From Seison nebaliae (taxonomy: Eukaryota): a stretch of DNA of 41,125 nt. Made by a program: the position numbers and the translations under genes. The notes below the pieces were generated by a model. The model did not search any database. It worked only from the letters and a program-made list of their open reading frames with translations, and was not told where the DNA came from. The DNA lies in assembly GCA_023231475.1 (NCBI GenBank), contig JALJEE010000947.1, forward strand, positions 1-41,125, read 5' to 3'. Of the stretch, positions 10,953 through 22,580 are shown piece after piece. Within the stretch, counting starts at the first letter, position 1; each line of letters begins with the position of its first letter.

Positions 10953-13640
10953 CAATGGTTCTATAATAAGTAATCGAGAAATATGTTCGATCTATCTTTA
11001 TGACGAAAATTTATGTTAAATTCTTTATATCCATAAAACATTTTAGCCGAATCCAACAACAAGGAAATATCTTTGACAATATCTCGAAACATATGAATAA
11101 AGGAACTCCTTCCATTCGAATGGTAGCAGTTGTTGTGGGGAAAAGAGGAGAAATAAAGAGAATAATGTCCGATCAATCAAACTTCATTTTTGTGGTAAAC
11201 GGATCAAATTTTATATGTCTACGACCTCTTCACATTTTCCTTTCTCCTTCCTACAATAACACGATTGCTTCTCATGCATTTTTCTCACTTTTTTTGTCAG
11301 TTTAATATAAAACAATTTTATAATTTCGCTCAAATCCATCATCGTTCCTCGATTAGGAATACGGTATTGGAAACAGAAGAAGAAGAATGTTGAGAGATGT
11401 TCGATTGATAATAAGATTAGAAGACATGGCGCTACGATAACTACGATTAATGAAGTGGCACTTTCGACTGGGAAGATGATTTGACATTTGTAAGTTCCAT
11501 TCTCATTCATATGGTAAGTTACTTACATTCCCTTTCACAGCTTGCTATTCTCATTGTGCATAGAGACTCGATTGAGTAAATTTAATGAAACATCTCAGAA
11601 TATTTCTTTTAGCGCTTCATTAATTTTTCCAATACTCCTTATCTAATTGAACTTTGATCTGAAAAGTGAAAATTTTATTCCCATTATAAGTGTGGAATGA
11701 ATTATTTCAAAAAAACATTCGTTCGAATCGTTCTGTTCTAGTTAACTGGTTTGTGAAAACGGAAATTAATAGTCCTCTTCCTTAGCACAAAATAATCGAT
11801 CTTATGTATTTTTTAAGTAAATATTATCTTGTTTAACTTCCATTATATGTCTCCCTGTATAAGGTTACATTCATCATCGTCATCTGAAATCGAATGGAAA
11901 CAACGTTGGAATTCCTTGATGGGAAATGTTTCATTGTAAATTGCTAACGTGGAAGAATGATAATCGAGAATTCTAATTAATGCTTATGTGACCATATTAG
12001 GTTATGGATAGCTCATAATTAAATTGTTACACCAATTTGAGATGAATGTAGAAGATATTTAATGAATAATTTGACGATAGCATCTGAGGGGAAAAGGAAA
12101 TGAGCAGCAACATACAATTGTCTCACAACCACAACCATCACCACCACCACTCCCACTAAATATAGTGTCATGAGGGGAAGATCGTTGAAAATGAAATAAT
12201 TTGATGATGATTATCGTCATTCTCTTATCGTTCTTAATATAAGAAAAAATGGTTCAGTTCGATTGAGAGGTTATGGACCATATATCTTCATGTGGATCTA
12301 TCCTGCTTCCTAAAACGATGGAAATGTTTATTGGAACTAATGAGATAAGTTGAAAGAGGAACATGTAATTCGTTATTTCATTTGGTGAGAGGAGAAGAAA
12401 CTGAAAGAATTGATGAAGGAAGTGTAGATAATTGATGAAGTATTCGATGGCATCACGTAACCTTTTGAGAACGACAATATCAATTTCTTTCCTGACTTTA
12501 CTATTTCCCATCTCTTCAATTCGATGTTTAAAGTTAATTTGTAAGAATGGTCAATTTTCGTTCAATTGATCACATCAGTCTTTGTGTTTATTATTAGTCT
12601 GTCGAATGATCGTTGGCAGTGGCTGCTTCTCATCTGTTCACCTTTTTTTCTCATTTCACTATTTATGAGATGAGCACATGACATGATTGACCTTTCAAAA
12701 AGAATGAAAGAGAAAACTATTTATGCTTAAAAACGATATTTATTTCACTTCGCTGATTTTGGATTATGGAAAACGAAGAAGATGATTTTCCAATCATCAT
12801 TTCCATTTCAACACCATCACCAAATATTTTCTTACCGAAACTCAGCTGTTTCTCAATTAAAATCTTCTTTTCAAGTTCGATTGATTGACGAGATTGATTC
12901 TCATTATTTAATGAACAAATGAGAATCTGAAGAACTTTAACTAACTTAATTGAATGAATAACTTGGTATGAATTACGTACGGTTCCCTTCGTTTCAAACG
13001 AACGATACGAAAATCTTGTAATGAATTATCGATGTCGTCATAAAAGAGTAAGAAGAATTTTTTTTCGTCTTCTAATCGTTTCATGAGTGAGAACAATTGA
13101 AGATACTTTATTATTGTCGACATGTTCCCCATGTCGAGATGAGATAAGGCATCACGAATCATTATTCACCATGTTAATAGGTCATAGAGAATCATCGAAG
13201 CAAAATTTCTCTTCTTCCAATAATCTCCCAATGTCATCCCATAACTTCATCTAATCAATCGAACCATAATTCCATAAACTTTCATTCAATTCATCAAAAT
13301 TTATTCAATACATTTTAATCGTTCATTTCATTTCATTGGAAACGATTTTCAACAATCAATTCGACAATGAATCGACAGATCTCCCTCTCATCATCCTCTC
13401 ACACCATTTTTCTCATTTAGGGATTTTGTAACAATTAATTTTCATGTCAAACGTTCCAATTCTTTCTCATTCATCCAAACTTATCTTCACATAATATATC
13501 AACATTTACCATCTTCCATTAGAAATCAGGATTTTCTTTCAATCATCAATCTGGGATCTGTTATCTGAAAAAATCCATTTTCATTTTCTCTTCTTTTCCT
13601 CAACATTTCTTTCGAGAGATATGTCTCCTAGTTGAATGAG

Positions 13641-16600
13641 ATGCAACAATTATTGCATACAATCACTTCCATCATATTACTTCTACAATTACTTCATTCG
13701 ACCGCAACTACTTCTCAATTGATAGATGATAATTCGGAAGTGTTTGCAGTTAAATTTATCATATTTCTCCTAAATTTCCAAATCTCTTTTTTTATCAGTT
13801 ACGATATTTGAAACGATTTGGATATTTGAATGATTTCCACGTACGAAATCGTCGAAGTTCATCATCGAACAAATATCATCGAGCATTGTTCGATTTCCAG
13901 AGAATGGCTGGTCTTCCAGCAACTGGTCGTTTAGATAAACCAACCATCAAAATGATGCACATACCGAGATGTGGCAATATGGATCGAATTGCGTCGAAGA
14001 GACGAAAGAAACGTTTCGTACTTCAGGGAAGCAAATGGGAGAAAACTGATTTGAAATATAGAATTGGTAAATATCCGAAAAGACTTGATAAATCTGAAGT
14101 AGACGAAGCGATTTCGAAAGCATTAAATGTTCACCTTTTTCTGATTGTTCTTTATCAAATTTTTCTTCTTCACAGATTTGGGCGAATTCCAGTAGTTTAA
14201 CATTTAAACAAATTCGTTCGAATGATGTTTCGATGAAAGAGAAGACGAAAAAGCAAAATCCTGATGATTTAACAAATGACAAGAAGAAATTAACGAAGAA
14301 ACTTCGACGTTTAGTCGACATCGGTTTCACCAATAGTCGAGGTGCGAAACATTTATTCTTTTACCATTTCGTAAAGAATGCAAAAAATAAAATTAATTCA
14401 TTCAATCAAACAAATTATTCCATTAATCAAACTACGATTGTTCATGGGAAACCATTAAGTCGTAACGGCATTGCACACTCATTGAATGACACGAATAAAA
14501 GGAAAAATATCGATTTCATCATCTCATTCGAACAAGGTGATCATGGTGACGGAGAACCGTTTGATGGTATGGGTGGTGTTTTAGGACATGCTTTCTTTCC
14601 ACAATATGGTGGTGATGCTCATTTCGATTATGATGAGTATTGGACCTCCAGTAGTTTCGATGGTTTGTCTAATCTCTAATTTTAAATTTCATTTTAACTC
14701 TAATTTATTAAACTTCCGTTTTTTTGTAGGTGTCAATTTAATGCAGGTTGCTGCACATGAAATTGGTCATACATTAGGATTAGAACATTCAGATGAAAAT
14801 TCCGCGTTAATGGCACCATTCTTTCGAGGCTTCTCACAAGATTTCACTTTACATTCAGATGATATACGAGCAATTCAAGCTCTTTATGGACCACCAAACG
14901 ATCAATATAATTCTTCCAATTCCCCAACACCATTTTCAACGTCATTCTTCTCATCCACATCACATCCATCATCTCACCAATTTAACAAAGACACATTCAC
15001 ACATGATTATGTGAACACTACAAATCGAATACAAACACCGAGTACAATAATCAAACGAACGATGGCGACGCCGATTATCGATCAAAAGGATCGACGTCTC
15101 CTCCAATATCATTTGGATCAAATTCGTCGATTAAAAGCGAAGAAATCGAAAGAAGTTGTAACGAGAAGTCGCACAAGAAATATTTTCGGTCCCAGTCGTT
15201 ATTCGAAACATAAAACTTTCAATTCCAGAAGACGATTTGGTATCAAACCTTCCTTGAATAAAAGAACGACAGATAGACCGAATAATCGAAAAGTTTTCGA
15301 GAATAACCGTCGAGAAATGATTCGACTGTTAAAGAAACACAAATTTATTCAAAAACAGAAAAAAAATGAATCGAATCAGATGAAACGATCAAACATTATA
15401 AGACGAGAACGACTTAATTTAAAAGAAATTCGAAAATTAAGAAATATTCAGTTTCATTTGAAACAAAAATTATTTGGAAAAACTAAAGATAGAAATAAAT
15501 TATTGAGAATTCAGACTTCCAAGATTTTACGTATTCGACAGAAACAAACGGAAATTTTGAAGAAAAAAAAGGAAGAAAATTGGCGGAAAATTTTCAACCG
15601 AAATCAACGTCCATTAACTTCTGGAAATTCCATTAAACTTGTTCAATTACCATCAACCACCATATCAACCATCGTCATGAGATGGAGGGATCGTTATAAA
15701 ACATTTACCACTCAACCATCTCCAAAATCGAAAGTTTTCAAAGATTGGAGAAATAAACGTATTTGGAGACGTCCAAATTTCCATCAGTATGGAAAAACAA
15801 TTAAATATAATCGTTACTTGAATAATGAAAAGAATGAAAATAATCCGTGGTCATCCTCAAAAACGAATTATTATTCTGGTCGCAATTTAAATTATCTTAA
15901 AAATTCTCATAATTGGAGTAAACGTTATCGAACAAACTATTTTAATCGTCATTCTCCAACCACCAAATATCATCAACAACAACAAATACCTCGAAAATAT
16001 CAGCAACATCATTCCATTCGTCGATCAACTATAAATATTTGTAAAAATGAAGAAAAGATCGATGCCATATCTATTATGGCAAATGGAAATTTATTTATTT
16101 TTATCAGTTTACTTTCCTTTTTTTTTTTATATATATTAATTTTAATTTTAGATGAATTTTATTTTGAAATTAATAATGGAAAAATTGTGGAAAATAAACC
16201 AAAATTCATTAACAAAAATTTTAAAGGTAAAATTATTCCACAATCATTTGATGCAGTTCTCACATGGGCGAATGGTAAAACGTTCTTCTTCAAAGTTAGT
16301 TCACCTTCTTGAATGAATATTATGAAAAAATTAAAAGAATCGGATATATTGGCGTGGAACAAATACGAAAATTGATGACGGTTATCCCAAACTCATATCC
16401 ACCGGCTTCGTCGGTCTAAATGAATCGAACGGTTTTTATGGAAATTTAGATGCAGCTTTCGTTTGGAGTGGAAATCAGAAAACTTATTTTATTAAAGGTT
16501 TGTCTTTCAACATTCTTCTTCCTTAAATTTACCACTTTTATAAAGGAAATAAATATTGGAGATATTCAATTTATTCGAACGAAATGGCGAGAATCGATGA

Positions 16601-16959
16601 CGGTTATCCAAAACCATTAAATTTGTGGGAAGGACTTCCATCGAATATCAAAGCGGCTTTCCAAAACAAGAACCATGTCACTTATTTTCTGGGAGACAAT
16701 GGTTTTTATGCGTTTGATGATATCAATTTCACCGTTAGATTTCTCAAAATTTTTAACGAAAAAATTCACCAAAATTTCTTTTTAGGTTAAAAGAACAAAC
16801 GGTCAACAAAACAAATTTCATTTAAATAAATGGATCAACTGCTCGTCACGTTCAACGACAAATACGACAGGAAGAAGAAGAATTACAAATATTTACGATA
16901 AACAGAAATATATTAATCAATATCGGAGAACATTCCGTTCATCGTATAGAATGAAATGA
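13641..16959 (+). CDS. Matrix metalloproteinase (M10A), furin-activatable, with a 4-blade hemopexin domain; invertebrate Mmp1-like (8 exons)
   Basis: Signal peptide [18 protein letters not shown], cysteine switch PRCGNMD, furin site [23 protein letters not shown], zinc motif [11 protein letters not shown] and Met-turn ALMAP. Four hemopexin blades (IDAI, FDAV, LDAAFVW, IKAAF) are closed by WINC. Seven GTT-AG introns. Confidence 0.95.
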
Positions 16960-19228
16960 ACGATTTTTTTTACAAATTCCTTTCCATCAATTTCACTAAC
17001 CAGAACAAACACTTCCACACAATTCTAAAAATTATTTTGTTAATTATTTGTCATCTTTTTCCATCCATATCTTGTAAATAAATAAAAACGAAATTATTAC
17101 GATTTTGATCATGGGAAAAGAAATAGTAATTTAACATAAAACTAAATAGTTAAGGTGAGTACGAGTCTGTGTACTACACAGTGAAAAGAATTTGAAAAGG
17201 GAATTCATGGGAGGAAGACTATATAATTCTCTCTTTACTCCTCATTAGATGGGAGGACTATTACGATGATGTAATTTACTAAAATTGGTTAAATAACTAT
17301 CAAAATTTTATAGGGAGAGACAGACAAAAATAAACTTAATTATTTCATTTACGCTTAATATTTAAATTATTAAATTGAAAAACCCCAACAAAAATTAACC
17401 AATAAAGAACTTTCAAAAATTGTTTGTTATCGATCTATGATCCATGTTCTTAAATTTGAGGGAGTTCCCCATATGTGAGAAAAAGTTCGTCAACAATTTC
17501 ATTCTTCGTTTTTTTTGCTTATCAAATCGGAGAAGGTTCAAAGGCGTTTGAAATTTTGTAAGTGAATGAAAGGCAAGTGCCATGGAACGACAAAGTCGAA
17601 AAAAATTTATTTCTCTTCTTCAATGAGAAAACTACGATTGCAGTTTCTTACGAGAAGTATTTGAAATCATAGAAATATTTTTTGTTGATTCGTTCACAAA
17701 TACCGGCATTTCTTTTCCAATTTCATTTATTATAATTTCATCACGAAAATTATTAGATTTGTTTAAAATAAATAATAATCCCTAATAATTTTTCTGATCC
17801 GATAATTTTGAAATGTTGTAAATTTCGAAGAAGTTAAGCCTATTTCTCATTGTTGACTGTTGTTGTTTGAATATTTGAATTGAAATATCGATTTTTTTAT
17901 TGGATTAATTCATTGCGTTTTTTCGAGTTGTCTTTATTTAACTTCCCATCCATGAATAGTGGCAAGACGATGTATGACGCATTCTGCCACGTTGCTACGA
18001 ACAGTATTTCGATTTTGTTATTTTTACGTGTTCGATGAGGCAAATGGAAAGAGTAAAAATGAGCAATTTCTCGTTATTTTAATTTCAATTTTTACATTAT
18101 AAGTTAGTAATGTCGCATTTTGTTTCATGCGCTTTCTGCATAACATTTGAATAAGAGATTCCGCACACGTGTACTTGGTGCGTGTACATCTCGATCTGTG
18201 AATGAATATGTGTTTGTTATATCTGTTGCATTGTGTACATGTGACGGATTCTGATGTGTACCAGCAAAGAGAAGAATGCAATGTTCTAGAACCAAACTAA
18301 TTTGACTTTGTCACGATGAGATTTGCTGTTGAAGAAAAAATTACAAGACTTCTCTATTCAATTCTCTTTCCATTCAACATTTTGCTGTATGTTCGAAGTG
18401 GGAAAGTATTTTATTTGAAATGAATCTTTCTTCGTCGAATCATTCATTTCTCATTCATTTGTTTATAGTAGTGGGATGCAGTTGAGAAATGAATGACTTT
18501 TGAAATTGAGACGAAATGTCTGAGGGAAATTTATTTTAATTCTTCCACCATTTCGTCGGAGAGACGAGGGAGGTGTTTTGAGGTGTGTCCACTTGTCACA
18601 GACGGTGAATAGTGGTTGATGGAATTTTAATGATTAGACATCGAATTAAAAGGAAACGTAAATTTTCTCTATAAATGTTTTCATGAATTTTTTCTATTTT
18701 TCCAATTCCAAATTCTAGATCTTTCACTCTTATCTCTTGCTCATTTCACTTATTATCTACGTGTTCTTTTTGTGGAGACGAAAATAAATAAATAAAATTT
18801 TCATTATTATCATTGTCCAATTTTGGCATCGTCATTTCACTACCAATTACGGTAAATCAATTTTATTCCTTCAATCCAATTTAAATTCTAAAAAAAAAGA
18901 GGAACGATATCATAAAACGACCGAATTAATTTCACCTCTACGGATTCTATTCGAGATCTTTTAAATTATTCATTATCATATTAGACATCTATTAACTTTA
19001 AAAAGCACAACAATCAAGTTCATATTTGAGAGAAACATTGAAAATTTTATATTTTTTCAAAAACTTAAAAAAATGTATTGATCAGATAGACGACGAGAAT
19101 CGAAAGGAAATAATTTCCATCACAAATCATCTCTCTAACTATCTCATTGAACGAAATCGAGTTGTGTTGTTTGGAGATCATCATTGAACAATTCAAGGAA
19201 ATTGCCCACGATTCGCTTTCTATCGATC

Positions 19229-22200
19229 ATGAACCGAACGGAACGAATCGTCTTAAAAATCGGGAAGAATGAGGAGAATAAAGCGTGCATTCTCCCAACG
19301 CCAATCCCGCGTAGTTCCTCCAAGATAGCCATGAAGAGAGTAGGAGAGAAGATGTCGCAGGTTGTCGATCGATTAAATAAATCGAGGAAACCTGCGAAAA
19401 AATCGATTCAGCATCGTGCTATCAAGCGCATCTCGCCCGATAAACCGTCGAAGAATTTTAATAAGAAATTTAAGAAATCTCCAAAATCCTCATCCTCTCC
19501 ATTGTCGTGTGATAGTGGAATCTCTCCAGGTGGTAATACACCTGCTGTTGTTACTTCTCCAAAAATATCCTCAATTCCCGCCTTACAATTCTACAAAGCT
19601 CATAAGTTTTCTTTTTCTCTTCAATTTCATCCAATTTTCTCCATTCAGAAATCAATATCGACAATTTCAAAATCGAAAACGTCGTTTATCACCCGGTGTG
19701 AGTGAAGGAGAACGATTGACGAAAATTCCGTTTGATTTCCATTTATAATTTGTTCGTCCAATTTTTTCTTTTAAAGGAGAAGTAATTTTTTGGTGGACTG
19801 GCCATTGATGGATGTTAATTCGAACATCTTTTTCCAAGAGATGGTCAAACAAACCAATCTTCCACCTACACCCACTTTGGAGAAGGAAAGAAGGAAATTG
19901 AGAATTTCTATGATCGAATTCTTGAATAAAATTACTCTGGATTGTATAAGTTAGAATTGATTTAATTTTATATTTTATCTTGAATAATTGAAATTAATGA
20001 AAAGGATATGGTACAGCTCAAATACAACCGGAATTTGAATTAATTATCGATGAACTTTTCTGTTTTCAAAGTTTAAATGAGAAATCAGAAATATTCAATA
20101 CTTCAAGATATATGTGTCCATTACCTAATGATATCGACAACGATTATATGGTGGAGACGATAAAGAATCATTTGGCACAGAAGATTTATAAGATGAATGA
20201 AAAGAAGAACGCACGAACAGAAATGAATATTCTTCGAGATAGAGTCGAATCATTTTCGAAAGTCATAAAAAAAATCATAGGATTCAAATCGAATAAGACG
20301 TCGGACAAAGCGAAAGAGATGATGGAGAAAAGGTATTATCCTTTTCTATTATTCCTTTTTCTTTCATTATCTCTCATCTTTTTCTCATCTCTCATCATCA
20401 TCGTCAAAACTCTCTCATTTCTATCTCTGCTGTTATTATTGTTGTTGTTGTTATTATTATTATTATTTCGATACTGTTCATACATACAGTAATCGATTAG
20501 ATGATCTTAACGTATTGAGATATTGATGTAAATTAAGAGAGTTTACTTTTCGGAAATTGATATTCATTTCTCCAATTACTTCTTTCCGTCTGATGAGATT
20601 CAAATGAAGATTGAGTAGATGAGAACAGCTTCCTTCTTTCCTTTCTGTCTCTATCTCGACTTCTCTCTATGGTGTGTGATGAGACGTTTCCAATTAAAAA
20701 AAAAGCGTTTTTTATCAACTCTTATTCTACTCTGCTCCTGCGCAGTGCCAACAAAATTGATTGGCAGATAATTTATCGAAGTTCTGCTTCTTCTATTGAG
20801 ACACTAATGAAAACGTCGAATATGAAGACGCTAAAAGTTCTCAATCAGTTGAAAGAGATGGTTAATCATATTCTTTTCTTTGTCAATGAAACAAATTTTA
20901 AATTTTTAGGATAAAATTCTGGTGAAATATCTCGACACGACATTGGAATGGTTCGCTAGATATTTGATGTCGGAAATGTATTTGGCGATGGAGGAGAGAG
21001 TGAAGAAGATTGAATCGAGACTTACTAATATGTTTCGAGAGAGGAAAGGTTATAATTATTATTTTAAATGAAAATTTCATTAAATCCATTTAGAACGTAT
21101 AAGGAAATCAGTTAATAAGAAACGATTACTTACAACAGCGTCGGCCCCACCAACACCTTTTGGCAATCATTCATTACGTGTGTCACCATCCGCTGAAACT
21201 GTCACCTCCGTTACATTACCAGCATTGTTGAAAAGGAATAATATGAATAATAATGGTAATACATCGACGAGCACGATGACAGGTCCACCTTCAGTCGAAT
21301 CGTCATCAAATGAGAGTACAACGAGTGAGAATATTGCAGCGAGGAATACAGTGTCAGCATTGGATATCTATCAAGTCAAACAGATGACGACTGATAAGAA
21401 TATTAAAACGAAAAAATCACTTCCCATTATAAAAATTGATGATGATCTTCTCATTCGGAATGGTGTCATTGTTAAGGAATATATGCATGGAACACGTCCA
21501 ATGGTATTCCATCGATATACTGTTGAATTCAATGAAAAAGAACAAATCTACCTCATTTCTTATGGTCAAGATAATTCGGAGAAGATTACTCTTTCACCTT
21601 ATCTTTATCATAAATTAGTTAGTTGATGAATTATTGAATGATATCTAATTAATTTATTCTCTTTTCAGGAATTTCTTTATACAACAAAAATGAATAACAT
21701 TTTGGATAAGAATATGTTTCATGATCGTCTTGTTTGTCTTTGTCAACGATATCGAGTTTGAATTTTTCTCTCTCTCTCTCTTTTCTCATTTCTCATTTCT
21801 CATTAATTTCTCCAGACTTTAACGTGTAATGATGAACTTCTAAAAATTACATCAGAAAACGATCCGAGAATGCCGTCAAGGAAAGTGCAGCAGCTGCTCA
21901 AAAAACGATTTGGTGTCAATTGTGAATTATTCGCATCTCCATTCTCAACGATTACCGGTAATTACTGCAGCATCTTTCCTGATGTTGATGGTTATTTTGG
22001 ATCATTCGGGTTAATCCATCTTCTATTATTTCTCTTCTAAAATTTCATTTCATTCAATCATTCCAGAACCATACAGGACTTCTTACCTCAGTCATGTAGC
22101 GTACTTATACGACCAGAAATTTTGAGAACATTCGATGGTGTCGCTTATGAGAGAATTAAAGTTTCCTTTTTCTCATTTCCTCATTCTTCAATATCCATTT

Positions 22201-22580
22201 CTTATAGGAATTATTGAAAAAATCAAATGAAAGAAATGATGTTCTATTTTGTTTCTTGTCGAAAAATGATTACAGTATCCGTTATTCGTTTCCTGGAGCA
22301 AAGTTTCATATTTTTCTCATTTCAACATTCATTTTCATTCCATTCCCATAGACGAATCCGTTTGATCGATAATGATAATATCATATCATATTTATATATT
22401 GTCGGTAATGATCGATCGTTAGCTAAATGGAAAATTAACGATATTGATGAAGATATGATTATCAATCATTATATCGAGACTTGTGCTCAAGAAGAGAAAT
22501 CGGTGGAGAAGTGTGCTGGAAAGAAGAGTGAAGAAGAATTGAATAATTCAGAGGAAAGTGGAGAACTAACGGTGAAATAA
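19229..22580 (+). CDS. PCIF1: Divergent PCIF1/CAPAM (cap-specific m6Am methyltransferase) homologue, predicted catalytically inactive (12 exons)
   Basis: The spliced protein contains HLHPTLEKERRKL (cf. PHPEVELLRSQL) and LKKRFGVNCELFASPF...YCSIFPDVDGYFGSFG..QDFLP (cf. FGVSFECFASPLN...YCSAFPDTDGYFGSRG..LDF.P). The NPPF position reads RPEI. Eleven introns (10 GTT, 1 GTA). Confidence 0.85.

Noticed and set aside
7000..13600. Short ORFs (8491, 8653, 9556, 10607-11510, 12254, 12941)
   Set aside because: No recognisable motifs, biased F/I/L/S composition and no consistent exon chain. Probably non-coding sequence upstream of the MMP gene.
18024..18281. Cys-rich 85-aa minus-strand ORF
   Set aside because: It has a TTG start, its Cys/Thr content is explained by TG/CA-rich DNA, and no domain pattern is visible.
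20333..20345. GTATTATCCTTTT resembles a U12-type donor (RTATCCTTT)
   Set aside because: The match is offset by 3 nt from the frame-preserving GT, and there is no TCCTTAAC branch point near the acceptor.
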